Shown here piece after piece: positions 29,935 to 40,082 of a DNA stretch of 64,000 bases (within the stretch, counting starts at the first letter, position 1; every line of letters begins with the position of its first letter). The notes under the pieces are model-generated. The model did not search any database. It was not told where the DNA came from and saw nothing but the letters and a program-made list of their open reading frames with translations. A program made the translations under genes and the position numbers. Origin of the DNA: Polyangiales bacterium. Its GTDB lineage: Bacteria > Myxococcota_A > Polyangia > Polyangiales > Houyiibacteriaceae. The DNA lies in the NCBI GenBank assembly GCA_045106895.1, contig JBGCFM010000149.1, positions 32,001 through 96,000 on the forward strand. Direction: 5' to 3'.

Positions 29935-30367
29935 TCGCCCGCGCATCCAAGAACGACTGGAGAAGAATCGTCGCCGCCGTGGCATCGACGACGTGCCGCT
30001 GCTTGCGGGAGGACATCCCCATCGAGCGGAGGGCCCCTTCGGCGGCGAGAGTCGACATTCGCTCGTCCCAGTAGTGCACCTCAACGCCCATCTTCGCCGA
30101 CAGGGCCGTGCCGAAGCGACGGACGCGCTTCGATGCCGTGCTCTCCCGGCCATCAAGCCGGAGCGGCAGCCCCATCACGATATCTACCACCACATTCCCT
30201 TCTTCGAGTGTCCGTTCGAGGTGCGCGGTGAGGTCTACGGCGGTTTTCTCGTCATTCCCTGTTCTTTCGAACACGCCAAGGGGGAGCGCGACTGTGCCCG
30301 CCGCGTCATCGCTCAAGGCGAGGCCGACTCGCTTCCTACCGGGGTCGACGCCAAGGATCCGAGACAC
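29927..30367 (-). CDS. ruvX: YqgF/RuvX family nuclease
   Basis: GVDPGRKRVGLALSD, GLP, DERMST, VDATAA..ILLQ. Confidence 0.94.
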   Translation of the reverse strand: MSRILGVDPGRKRVGLALSDDAAGTVALPLGVFERTGNDEKTAVDLTAHLERTLEEGNVVVDIVMGLPLRLDGRESTASKRVRRFGTALSAKMGVEVHYWDERMSTLAAEGALRSMGMSSRKQRHVVDATAATILLQSFLDARANG

Positions 30368-30454
30368 GCCCTGCTCTACCCCGGAATCTCTGCGGCGCCA
30401 AGAGCTTGCTCAGAACGTGACAGACCGCAATCGCACATCGGGGTAAGGTGTCAC

Positions 30455-33400
30455 ATGGCCTATTCCCACGCGCGGACTTTCCTGGCGCTCACCTCGCTCC
30501 TTTTCATCGTCGCTTGTGACGGCTGTGACGACACCAACCCGTCCGGTGACGCGGGTTCAGACGCCGGACCGGACGCGGTGGTGGTCACCGACGACGTAGG
30601 GGTGGATGCAGAATCTGATGCGGGGCCGCCCCCTCCGCCGCCCCCAGCGCCTTTCACCGAGGTGGAGCTCGACGGCCAGTTCCGCATCCCTGAGCTGACG
30701 GCGGCGGCCCACGTCGTGCGCACCGAGCAATTCGTCCCTCACGTGTACGCGGAGAATGATCTCGACGCGCGGCGCGTTCTTGGCTTCGTCATCGCGCGGG
30801 ACCGGTACTTCCAGCTCGACGTCGTCGCGCGCCTCTCCCAAGGTCTCATCACAGAGCTCCTCGGAGACGTAGGCCTAGCGAGCGACATCCAGAGCCGCAT
30901 GACCGGCAGCGACGTACTCACGCAGCTCTACCTCGATGCCCTCACGGAAGAGGAAGGCGCCCAGGTCGACGCCTTCGTCGAAGGCATCAACGCATACGCC
31001 ACGGCAGCACGGGCCGGCGACCTCCCGCCTCCAAGTGAGTACTCACTCGTGTTCGCCCTCATCGGCGCTCCCAGCGCCCAGTCTTTGATCCGTGACTGGA
31101 CCCGTCGCGACGTCATGGCGCTCGTGGCTACGATGACCTTTCAGACGGGCTTCGAGACCAAGGGCCCGGGGCGCGCCGCGGCCCTCGCCGACATCGACGA
31201 GCACTTCCCGAGCGCGCCGGATCGTGACTTGCGCATGGCGGGCCTCATGGATATCGTCGACCGCTGGGCTCCGCCTCGTCCCACGGCTTCCGCAGCAGGT
31301 TTCGGCGTCGATGGAACCGCCATCGCGCGACGACCCATCACTGCGCTTCGACCTCCCGGCACGCAGGCCATCCCGCCGCTCAAGGTCGAGGGTCATGCCC
31401 TTGGACGACTGCTCACCCGCCTCCAGCAGTACCGCGAGCGCCTGCATCCCCAGGACCTCGAAGGTTGGGGCTCCAACGTCTGGGCGGTCATGGGCTCGGC
31501 GACGCCCGACGGTCGCGCGCTCCTGGCAGGAGACGGTCACCTACAGCTGAGCATCCCTTCGCTCATGTGGGAGTACGGAATGGACACGGAGCTGATGGGC
31601 GACGAAGACCCCATCACCGTGGCCGGTGTCACCCTCATCGGCACACCCGGCATCGCCACTGGAACCAACGGTCGCGTCGCTTGGGGCGGAACAAACTTCG
31701 TCACAGACGTGACCGACTGGTACAGCGAAGAGCTCAAGCTGGACGACGATGGAATGCCTGTATCTTCGGTATTCCAGGGGGAAGACCGTCCCCTCAGCCG
31801 CGTCGAAGAGGTGTACGACGTGCGTGGCGTCGCGCTCCTCGAGAGCGTGGAACGGACGCTCACGCTCAGCCGCTGGACAACCTTCGATGGGCGCATGATC
31901 ACCGCCATCGAAGGGCGCGCCGCCACCGAAGACGAAGTCGTCGGCGACGGCGAAGTCTTGGTCAACGTCATGGGCGACTGGATCGTTCCCGGCGACGAAG
32001 ACGGTGACGGAACGATCACCGCGATGAGCTTCTATTACGCACCCTTCGCCGGCGGCAGCCTGCTCCGCGCCGTCATGGGCTTTGAGGATGCGGACAACGT
32101 AGAAGACTTCCGACAGGCCATGCGCAACGTCATCGGCTTTGGCCTGAACTTCGCGGCCGCCGACGGCGACGGCAACGTTCTCTACACCGGCTACCACGCG
32201 ATGCCCTGCCGTACCTACTTGCCACGTGATGCGGGCACCGGTCGCTTCGAAGCGGGTGCAGATCCATCGCTCCTCATCGACGGCACGCAATACCCTGCGT
32301 GGGACATCCCCCTCGACGCCCAAGGCCGCGTCGACGAGGCCGCCGCCGCCGCCGCCGGCCCCACTGCATGCGCAGTTCCCTTCGAGGAGTGGCCACAAGC
32401 CATCAACCCGGACCGGCAGTATGTGCTCAACGCGAACAACGACCCAGGGTCTATCTCCGTCGACAACAACCCGTGGAACGACCCTTACTACCTCGGCGGG
32501 CCGTGGGACCCGGGCTACCGTGCTTCGCGCATCGAGCAGCGCATTGAAAACGCCATCGACACGGACGCTGCCACCATCGCGGAGATGCAGGCGATTCAAG
32601 GAGACCACCACAGCAACCTCGGCGAGGACTTCGCGCCTTTGCTTCTGGAAGTCATCCGCGCCGCACGAGAGGCATCCGAGGGAAGCCCCGCAGCGGGGAC
32701 TCCCGAAGCACGAATGGCTGCGCTCTACGCCGTGAGCAGCGCCGAGTTCACCGAGGTGGAGACACGCATGATGGCGTGGGGCAACGACGACTACCCAACT
32801 CCCTCCGGCGTCGACTCCTTCTACAACACCAGCGACGAAGACTCGCGACGTCAGTCTGTCGCGACGATGATCTTCGCCGCGTGGTTCCCGCGGATGCTTC
32901 AGGGCGTGTGGAACGACGAAGGCATCAACGGCGGCGTAAGCCCCGGCGGCGCTTGGCAACTCCGCTCCCTCGCCTATCTCCTCGCCGGCCGCGGCGATGG
33001 GAATCCGCTCTCGTTGCCTTCCTTCAATCCTGCGACGGGCGAGTCCGTTTTCTTCGATGACATTCGCACCGCCGAGGTCGAAAGCAGCCAAGAGGTGGGA
33101 CTCAACGCCCTCGCCGGCGCCCTGGAGTTCCTGTCCGGCGCCCCGAACGAAGACGGCGTCAGCGGCGGCTTCGGCACCGAGGACATGAGCCAGTGGCTCT
33201 GGGGCCTGCGTCACCAAGTTCGCTTCGAATCGCTCTTGGCAGACTTCATCGACGACCCGGACCTCGCTAGCTTCTTCGCCGACTTCAATGTCACCACCGA
33301 CCGAATGCCCTTGGCGCCGGACCTCTCCGAAGACGATCCACGCGCAGCGCTGGTGTGGTTCCCCCGTCCCGGCGACCAATACGACATCGATGCGGCAAAC

Positions 33401-33643
33401 CCAGGCTTCAGCGGCACTCGCTTCACGCATGGAAACGGCCCGGTGATGCGCACCGTCGTCGCCCTCGGTCCTGACAATGTCGAGGGCCACACCACCATCC
33501 CGGGCGGGCAAAGCGGACGCCCAGAATCCGAGCACTTCAGCGACCGCGCCCGAGACTGGCTCGCCAACGAGACCGTGCCGCTGCGCTTCAGCCCAGACCA
33601 GGTGTCCGAAGGTGCCGTCACCCGCGAGGTCTTCACCCCCTAG
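30455..33643 (+). CDS. Penicillin acylase family (Ntn hydrolase) lipoprotein
   Basis: Lipobox FIVAC, VPHVYA, DRYFQ, GSNVW catalytic Ser, PGGQSG. Confidence 0.9.
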   Translation: MAYSHARTFLALTSLLFIVACDGCDDTNPSGDAGSDAGPDAVVVTDDVGVDAESDAGPPPPPPPAPFTEVELDGQFRIPELTAAAHVVRTEQFVPHVYAENDLDARRVLGFVIARDRYFQLDVVARLSQGLITELLGDVGLASDIQSRMTGSDVLTQLYLDALTEEEGAQVDAFVEGINAYATAARAGDLPPPSEYSLVFALIGAPSAQSLIRDWTRRDVMALVATMTFQTGFETKGPGRAAALADIDEHFPSAPDRDLRMAGLMDIVDRWAPPRPTASAAGFGVDGTAIARRPITALRPPGTQAIPPLKVEGHALGRLLTRLQQYRERLHPQDLEGWGSNVWAVMGSATPDGRALLAGDGHLQLSIPSLMWEYGMDTELMGDEDPITVAGVTLIGTPGIATGTNGRVAWGGTNFVTDVTDWYSEELKLDDDGMPVSSVFQGEDRPLSRVEEVYDVRGVALLESVERTLTLSRWTTFDGRMITAIEGRAATEDEVVGDGEVLVNVMGDWIVPGDEDGDGTITAMSFYYAPFAGGSLLRAVMGFEDADNVEDFRQAMRNVIGFGLNFAAADGDGNVLYTGYHAMPCRTYLPRDAGTGRFEAGADPSLLIDGTQYPAWDIPLDAQGRVDEAAAAAAGPTACAVPFEEWPQAINPDRQYVLNANNDPGSISVDNNPWNDPYYLGGPWDPGYRASRIEQRIENAIDTDAATIAEMQAIQGDHHSNLGEDFAPLLLEVIRAAREASEGSPAAGTPEARMAALYAVSSAEFTEVETRMMAWGNDDYPTPSGVDSFYNTSDEDSRRQSVATMIFAAWFPRMLQGVWNDEGINGGVSPGGAWQLRSLAYLLAGRGDGNPLSLPSFNPATGESVFFDDIRTAEVESSQEVGLNALAGALEFLSGAPNEDGVSGGFGTEDMSQWLWGLRHQVRFESLLADFIDDPDLASFFADFNVTTDRMPLAPDLSEDDPRAALVWFPRPGDQYDIDAANPGFSGTRFTHGNGPVMRTVVALGPDNVEGHTTIPGGQSGRPESEHFSDRARDWLANETVPLRFSPDQVSEGAVTREVFTP

Positions 33644-33664
33644 ACCGACGGCACACCAGGGCGC

Positions 33665-34984
33665 TCAGAACGACATTGGGGCGCGGTCTTCGCCTGCCCC
33701 CGCGGCGCTCGCCGGAATGGGCGCCCTCGGCGCTTTTGCCGCTGGAGCAGGCCCATCCTCGTCCTTCTTTCCCCACACCGTGCTTCCCGTGAGCTGCATC
33801 ATGACAAAGAGCGTCGCGATCGCGCCGATGGTCACCGTCAAGCCCGTGAAGCCCTCGAGGAAGAACGACGCGGAGAAGAGGACCAAGTAGAGGAACTGGG
33901 CGCCGCCCATCACCCGGATCGCAAAGCGTAGGCCCACGAAATGGCGCGCATAGCTAACCGTGAGAAACAGGCTGACCAGCGATGCGATGCCAAAGGACGG
34001 GACCACCGGCACGTGATCCACGAGGTACCCGAAGAGCAGGTGGAAGGCGAAGAACGAGCACCCGAAGAAGAAGAAATGCATCGGATGCAGCTCTCGAAAA
34101 CGGGCGCGGGCGACGAGGGCGACGACGAAGAAGAAGAAAAGAAGCGAGATCGGCGCGAAGAACGTGATCTTGCCTGCGAGGGGTCCGGGGTTGAGACGTT
34201 GAGGCATCACCACGTGAATCGCGTCGTTTGAGATCAGGTGGTCGAAACGCCACTCGCCCTCCCAGCCGCCTGCGACGGAGCCGTGGTCCGTCGGTGAAAG
34301 TGACCCCGAGCCAAAGTCGATGTCGCTCTCATTGACGTGCATCGCCAGACGAAAGTTCTCGACTTCGCTGGTGCCCGTCATGAGCTGATACGTCCAGCTC
34401 GTGACGCCACGCGTGCGATAGGCGATGCGAAAGCGCAATGACTCGGCGCCGTCCACCTCGGCGGACCAACGGGCGACCCCGTCCCGGGTCTCCACGCGAA
34501 CCGGCTCGCCATCTCGCGTCACGACGAAGCCGTCGAAGCTGTCGCCGGCTTGCGAGAGGGGAAACTCAAACTCTACCGTGCCGCGGTCCGGCGCTTCGTG
34601 AAGCCACTCGTACTCGCCGAGGAAGCTCAAGTCGTAGGCCGGGAACCACTGCAGCCCTTTCTGTCGATGCTGCAGGTCGAGTTCAACGCTCACCTGGGTT
34701 CCAACAAGACGAAGTGACTCGGGGCGTGGCGGTGGGCTTTCAGTCGGCACCATTGGGCTGGCACGCGTGAACCCGGGAGCGAGAAATTCGACAGTCTCCG
34801 ATGGCGCGTCGGTGCGCTGCGCCGTTGGAAAACGTTGAGTCGCTTCAGGTCCCCAGAGCCCCTCAAGCTCGTAGCTGTTCGCAGACCAGCTCTCATCCGT
34901 GCGAACAGTGAGGCTCGTGCCAAGAACCATCCAACAGAACGCGCAGCCGAGCCACACGACGCCAATACCCACTAGGTGTTTCAT
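33665..34984 (-). CDS. CreD-like inner membrane protein
   Basis: N-terminal TM, large periplasmic loop, C-terminal TM bundle with LHPMH..FHLL..H. Confidence 0.7.
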   Translation of the reverse strand: MKHLVGIGVVWLGCAFCWMVLGTSLTVRTDESWSANSYELEGLWGPEATQRFPTAQRTDAPSETVEFLAPGFTRASPMVPTESPPPRPESLRLVGTQVSVELDLQHRQKGLQWFPAYDLSFLGEYEWLHEAPDRGTVEFEFPLSQAGDSFDGFVVTRDGEPVRVETRDGVARWSAEVDGAESLRFRIAYRTRGVTSWTYQLMTGTSEVENFRLAMHVNESDIDFGSGSLSPTDHGSVAGGWEGEWRFDHLISNDAIHVVMPQRLNPGPLAGKITFFAPISLLFFFFVVALVARARFRELHPMHFFFFGCSFFAFHLLFGYLVDHVPVVPSFGIASLVSLFLTVSYARHFVGLRFAIRVMGGAQFLYLVLFSASFFLEGFTGLTVTIGAIATLFVMMQLTGSTVWGKKDEDGPAPAAKAPRAPIPASAAGAGEDRAPMSF

Positions 34985-35109
34985 GTCTAACGGTTTGGCA
35001 GCCGAGCAAGGCGCCCCCACCGCGCCTTCGAGGAGAGACGATGGCAAGATGTGGCATTTCTGTGGCGTGCGACCCAAAGCGCTCCGCCGAGCCTGCTACG
35101 CTCCATTCG

Positions 35110-36084
35110 ATGAAAGTCCTTTGCGGCGATATTGGGGGCACGAGCACCCGCCTTGCCCTGGTTGAGTGGAACGATGGCGCCCCGCGCTTGCTCAAACAGA
35201 ACACGTATAGCAGCGCCGACTACGACGCCCTCGACGGCGCCCTCGACGCGTTCGTGGGAGACGATGATCCAGGCCTCGGCGGAGCAGGCTTCGGCGTCGC
35301 CGGTCCCGTCATCCATGGTCGTGTGGAGACGACGAACCTGCCTTGGGTCGTGGATGCGTCCGCCCTCGCGACGCGCTTTGGGCTCCGCTCCGTGTCTCTG
35401 GTCAACGACCTCGCCGCGTTAGCGTACGGCGTCGACCTGGTGAAACCACACTGGAAGACGGTGCAAGCACCAAGTGGCGAGGCGCACTCATCGTCTCGAG
35501 TATTCGTCGGCGCCGGCACGGGACTCGGGGTTGCGTACGAGGCTCACGGAGAGGTGCACGCCAGCGAAGGCGGTCACGTTGGGTTCAGCCCTCGAGACGA
35601 CGACGAGGTGGAATTGTGGCGACGAGCGACGCAACGATTTGGTCGCGCATCGGCCGAGCGCCTCGTCAGCGGGGGCGGTCTTCCGCTCATCTTTGAGCAC
35701 TACGCCGACGTCTGCGGCACAACGGCATCGCTACGGGAAGAGGTGAAGGAGCGTGGGGGCCCTGCGATAAGCGAAGCCGCGGGCGCCGGCGACGAAGCGG
35801 CGCGCAAGACACTCGCGAAGTTCGTTTCCCTCTTTGGCAGCGCAAGCGGCGACCTCGCCCTCGTGTTCCGGCCAAGCACGCTCTTCATCGCGGGCGGCCT
35901 CGCGCTCAAACTTGCGGACGGCATGCCAGAGTTCAACGAGATCTTCCTGGGCGCCTTCCACAACAAAGGCCGCATGCGACAGCTCAACGAGGGTGTCGGT
36001 GTTCACGTCGTCGCGGACGAAAGCGCCGCGCTTTTGGGGGCAGCGTCCTCCGCGATGCGCTGCGCCATGAGCGGAAGCAAGTAG
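35110..36084 (+). CDS. glk: Glucokinase
   Basis: GDIGGT, TNLPW, ND, GAGTGLG, SEGGH, AERLVSG. Confidence 0.92.
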   Translation: MKVLCGDIGGTSTRLALVEWNDGAPRLLKQNTYSSADYDALDGALDAFVGDDDPGLGGAGFGVAGPVIHGRVETTNLPWVVDASALATRFGLRSVSLVNDLAALAYGVDLVKPHWKTVQAPSGEAHSSSRVFVGAGTGLGVAYEAHGEVHASEGGHVGFSPRDDDEVELWRRATQRFGRASAERLVSGGGLPLIFEHYADVCGTTASLREEVKERGGPAISEAAGAGDEAARKTLAKFVSLFGSASGDLALVFRPSTLFIAGGLALKLADGMPEFNEIFLGAFHNKGRMRQLNEGVGVHVVADESAALLGAASSAMRCAMSGSK

Positions 36085-37406
36085 GGCATCCCAATCTGCA
36101 AGGTGTCGAGGTCCGGGTCGATCTGCCCAACGAGCCAGAACATGAGCACGCTGGCGCGCTCCACGTAGAACCAGCCGTCCGGGTAGTTCACGGACTTCAT
36201 CAGCTCTCGCAGCTCTCGGCGCTCCATTTCCGGGTCCGCGAGCTCTTCGAGCTCCTGCTGGGTTGCCCGCATGAGCGCGCCGGCCGTTCGTTCGACCTTG
36301 AGGAGCTTCCGGAAGTACGTCTTGACGGTCTGCTCCAGGAGCGCGCGGTCGCCATCCGGCGCCATGAAACCGATGTCCTCGATGCCGGAAAGAACGAGGT
36401 CGTCGCGCCCCTCGAAGAACCCCCGAAGCACATCGAGGAGGCCGAGGATCATCTTCTCTTCGACCTCGCAGATGGCGCCAAAGTCCAAGATGACGAGTTC
36501 ATTGTTCTCGCGAACCAAGAAGTTCCCCGGATGCGGGTCCGCATGAAAGAAACGGTGCATGAAGAGTTGCTCGTAGAAGCTCTCGACAAGTCGAACGGCG
36601 ACCTTGCGGCGCTCGATTCCCAGCGACGCGTAGCGGTCGAAGCGCGTGATCTTCTCGCCCTCCATGAAGGTCATGGTGAGCACGTCTTTTCCGCTCAGGT
36701 GCTCGATGACTTCCGGGAACGCGACGCCCTCGCGTCCTTCAAAGTTCGCGGCCATGCGTCCCATGCACTCCGCTTCGTGCACATAGTCCGTCTCGCGTCG
36801 CAACAGGTCCACCAGCGCTTCATGGACACGCTCGATGCCCTGAATCGGTACAAAGCGTTTGTACACTCGCATGGACAAACCCACGACCCGCATGTCGACA
36901 CGAATCTCGCGGCGAATACCCGGGTAGATCATCTTGACCGCGTACTTCTCTCCCTTGTGACCGCGCGCAACATGGACTTGTCCGAGAGAGGCAGCGGCGA
37001 CGGGCTTGCGCTCAAACGAAGCGAAGAGGTCGTCGGGGTCCGCATTCAGGGTGTTTCGAAAGAGCGGCAGAAACTCATCGAAGGGCCGAGGCGGGACAGC
37101 GTCCTGAAGCGACTCGAGCTCCTTCGCGTACGCCACGGGCAGGAAGCCGCCCATGATGGAGAGCACCTGACCCATTTTGATGTACACGCCTCGAAGCTCG
37201 AGGATTCCTCTAAGCAAGCGCTTCGCCTGGTGGGCGTCGACACGTTCTTTTCGCGCCCGAATCCACGGGGGGTCGTGGGGAATCAATTTTCCTTCGGCGT
37301 CCGACTGCCAAAGACGGAAGACCTTTGCGAGCAAAAAGTGCCAACTATAGGCCACAAATATGGACCCAAAGAGCCAAGAGGCTCGGATGAAGCGAATGGC
37401 AAGCAC
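36003..37406 (-). CDS. AarF/UbiB (ABC1) kinase family protein
   Basis: YIKMGQ, AAASLGQVH, HADPHPGN, LDFG. Confidence 0.93.
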   Translation of the reverse strand: MLAIRFIRASWLFGSIFVAYSWHFLLAKVFRLWQSDAEGKLIPHDPPWIRARKERVDAHQAKRLLRGILELRGVYIKMGQVLSIMGGFLPVAYAKELESLQDAVPPRPFDEFLPLFRNTLNADPDDLFASFERKPVAAASLGQVHVARGHKGEKYAVKMIYPGIRREIRVDMRVVGLSMRVYKRFVPIQGIERVHEALVDLLRRETDYVHEAECMGRMAANFEGREGVAFPEVIEHLSGKDVLTMTFMEGEKITRFDRYASLGIERRKVAVRLVESFYEQLFMHRFFHADPHPGNFLVRENNELVILDFGAICEVEEKMILGLLDVLRGFFEGRDDLVLSGIEDIGFMAPDGDRALLEQTVKTYFRKLLKVERTAGALMRATQQELEELADPEMERRELRELMKSVNYPDGWFYVERASVLMFWLVGQIDPDLDTLQIGMPYLLPLMAQRIAEDAAPKSAALSSATT

Positions 37407-37472
37407 CGGACTGGGGGGAGCATAGCGTCACAGCACTGTCGCGCCCAGGGGCCCGTTTGCTATCGTCCGCCC

Positions 37473-38762
37473 ATGTCCGCCGATCTGGTCGCCACCAAGC
37501 GAGAGGCTCTCAACGCAGCACTGCATGCGAAGGAGTTTGATGTTGCACTCGGGCTCTACGATGAGCTCGATGTTCTCGAAGAGACGGAGCCTCGTTGGCC
37601 GCACAGGAAAGGGGACCTGTACCGACGTATCGGCCACGACGCGGCCGCCTGCACCGCCTACACCATCGCCGTCGAGCGGTACTCGGCCCTTGGTTTCGTT
37701 GCCCGTGCCGCCGCCCTCGCGAAGCTCATCGTCCGGCTGGATCCAGCACGGGAGGCCGTGCTCGATCGAGTGGACGTCGAGCCTGCGAAGGCAATCCATC
37801 GACAGGAGCGCGGAGAGCGCGCGCCACTGAAAGAACGTGCGCTCCCCCTTGTTCCGACGGATAGCGCCGACGACGAGGTTCGTTTCGCGGACGTCGCTGA
37901 CTCCGTCGAACTCGACCTGCGTGGCCTAGGCCTCAGCGACCCGCCACCGCCCATGGCTCCCTCCATCGCCGACGACCCTCACGACGTCGGAAAAGAGCCT
38001 CGGCGACGAAAGTCAGAAGACCTGGCGCGACTCCCCGCGATGCCCCTCTTCGCCGAGATCCCCGCCGAAGCCGTGTCCCGACTTCTCATCGAGTGCACCC
38101 TCGTTGAGCTGCAAGAAGATGACCTGCTCATCCGCATCGATGAGCCCGCCGACGCCCTCTACATTATCTGCGAAGGAGAGGCCCAGGTCCTGGCAAGGTT
38201 TCGTGACCAACCTGTGCGCATTCAAGAAGGCGACGTCGTCGGCACCAGCTGTCTCCTCGACGACGTGACACGGCGCGCCGACGTCTGCGCCATGACGCCG
38301 CTGACGGCGCTTCGCATCTCGAAGTCGACGCTCGATGAGACCGTCAAAGCACACCCGGAGGTCGGCCACGTCCTCGAAGAGCTTCTCAGCCGTCGCCTCG
38401 TCGCCAACTTCCTCCAGACATCCCCGATGTTTGCAGCCTTCGACGCCGAGTCACGGCAACAGCTCTCTCGCCTCTTTGAGCTTCGCAGCGCCAGCTTTGG
38501 CACTCAGCTCCTTGAAAAAGGAAAGCGCAGCGACGGCGTGTACATCGTCCTCATCGGCCAGCTCGCCGTCAGCGATGATCTCCTTGGCCCCGGCGGCATC
38601 GTCGGGCAGCGCTCGCTCCTCGTGCACGAACCTTCAGAGGACACGGTGGAGTGCGTGACAGATGCCATGCTCCTCCGCTTGCCACGCGAGCGCTTTGCAG
38701 AGCTCGCTTCCCTCTACCCCCCTGTATTGGCGACGCTCACCGAGCTCATTCAGAACGAGTAA
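37473..38762 (+). CDS. TPR plus two cyclic-nucleotide-binding domain protein
   Basis: N-terminal TPR-like helices; two PLF/PMF..(Y)I..G..R cNMP modules. Confidence 0.8.
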   Translation: MSADLVATKREALNAALHAKEFDVALGLYDELDVLEETEPRWPHRKGDLYRRIGHDAAACTAYTIAVERYSALGFVARAAALAKLIVRLDPAREAVLDRVDVEPAKAIHRQERGERAPLKERALPLVPTDSADDEVRFADVADSVELDLRGLGLSDPPPPMAPSIADDPHDVGKEPRRRKSEDLARLPAMPLFAEIPAEAVSRLLIECTLVELQEDDLLIRIDEPADALYIICEGEAQVLARFRDQPVRIQEGDVVGTSCLLDDVTRRADVCAMTPLTALRISKSTLDETVKAHPEVGHVLEELLSRRLVANFLQTSPMFAAFDAESRQQLSRLFELRSASFGTQLLEKGKRSDGVYIVLIGQLAVSDDLLGPGGIVGQRSLLVHEPSEDTVECVTDAMLLRLPRERFAELASLYPPVLATLTELIQNE

Positions 38763-38768
38763 ACGCGC

Positions 38769-39125
38769 TCAAAACCGATACGCGAAGCGCGAGGTCACTG
38801 GCGATTGCTCTTCGCCGCTCAGAACAACCTCAACGGTGTCGCCGTCCACCCACGCCACCTGAACATTGCTGGCCCGAAGGTTCGCTCCGTCGTTGTGCAG
38901 CCGGGTGCACAAGAGCTCTTGTTCTTCGTCTCGCGCCACGTTTCGCGAGAAGAGACAGATCTCCTGACTCCCAAAGCCGAACGCCTCGCCGGCGTAGACG
39001 AGAAGTTGATGAGACTCGTCTGGCGAGACGTGGGTCGCGAAGAGTGTTCGCGGCGGAGACTCACAACCGATAGTCAGGGCGAGTATCAAGAGGAACGACG
39101 AGGCAATTCGACCCAAACAGTTCAT
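38769..39125 (-). CDS. Hypothetical lipoprotein
   Basis: LALTIGC lipobox, SPD motif, LHNDG. Confidence 0.65.
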   Translation of the reverse strand: MNCLGRIASSFLLILALTIGCESPPRTLFATHVSPDESHQLLVYAGEAFGFGSQEICLFSRNVARDEEQELLCTRLHNDGANLRASNVQVAWVDGDTVEVVLSGEEQSPVTSRFAYRF

Positions 39126-39225
39126 CGAACAAGTCTCCCATGAAGTTCCAGCGATTCCGTGACGAAGCCAAGGGGTCCTCATGACCCGAGTTCATCGGAC
39201 ATCGGAGCCCTCCGGCTACGCCGAC

Positions 39226-39495
39226 TTAGAGTGCTTCGCCAGCGAGAAGCCGAGTCAGCTTGCGCCGGTTGTGTTTCGTAAACGTTCGAAGCGACACCTC
39301 GAGAGCGAAGTGCTCGCCCACTTTTCGCGAGCCGAGACTCTTTGCATCGATGCTCATGCCGGCGACCTCCACCTTGAGCGGCGTCCCCGGCGCGAAAGGT
39401 TCATCGAGGGTCAGGCGAAGCCGGTCTTTGACGTGCTCGTGGAGCAAACCGGCCGCCGTGCCGACTTTGACGGGAAGTGTGATGGGCTCGCTCAT
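39226..39495 (-). CDS. Small hypothetical protein (PilZ-like beta barrel)
   Basis: ATGA-coupled to smpB; PFAPGTPLKV..F..R..L pattern. Confidence 0.6.
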   Translation of the reverse strand: MSEPITLPVKVGTAAGLLHEHVKDRLRLTLDEPFAPGTPLKVEVAGMSIDAKSLGSRKVGEHFALEVSLRTFTKHNRRKLTRLLAGEAL

Positions 39496-39983
39496 CGTTT
39501 GTACTGCTCCACGGCATCGCGCGCTTCTTTGAGGTCGACGGAACGTTTGATGGCCTCACGGTTGTCTTTGACCTTGCGGCCCTTCGCGAGCCCCAGCTGC
39601 ACCTTCGCGTGGCCGCCTTTGAAGTAGACCTGCAGCGGTACAAGGGTGAAGCCCTTCGCCGTGAGCCGGCCTCGAATTCGCTCGATCTCGCGGCGGTGGA
39701 GCAAGAGCTTTCGCGCTCGCTTCGGCTCGTGATTGAAGTGCGGCCCTCCCTGCTCGTACGGAGCGATGTGCATCTTCTGCAGCCAAATCTCGTTTTGGTG
39801 GACTTGAGCAAAGGCCCCGTCGAGCTCACCGCGGCGGTTTCGCAGGCTCTTCACCTCCGAACCCTTGAGGACCATGCCCGCCTCAAGGCGCTCCTCGATC
39901 TCGTACTGCATCGCAGCTTTCGGGTTTCGGCAGACGAGCATGTCCATGCCCTCAACGCCTTTTTCGACTCTCTTCTTTGCCAC
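39492..39983 (-). CDS. smpB: SsrA-binding protein
   Basis: EAGMVLKGSEVKSLR, RKLLLH, GLAKGRK..D.RE. Confidence 0.96.
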   Translation of the reverse strand: MAKKRVEKGVEGMDMLVCRNPKAAMQYEIEERLEAGMVLKGSEVKSLRNRRGELDGAFAQVHQNEIWLQKMHIAPYEQGGPHFNHEPKRARKLLLHRREIERIRGRLTAKGFTLVPLQVYFKGGHAKVQLGLAKGRKVKDNREAIKRSVDLKEARDAVEQYKR

Positions 39984-40082
39984 GTCTTGGTCCTCTTCGT
40001 CGCCGCAAATGCAGGGCGAGCCGCACGGAATCGCGGGTCGCACGAAATAGCACGCGCGCGGCGGCGAGGCGAATCTGGCGCC

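Noticed and set aside
29708..30454. N-terminal extension of the acylase ORF, and similar extensions of the DUF72, mltG, cNMP and MTase ORFs
   Set aside because: They overlap genuine opposite-strand or neighbouring genes; downstream starts fit the signal peptides or RBS better
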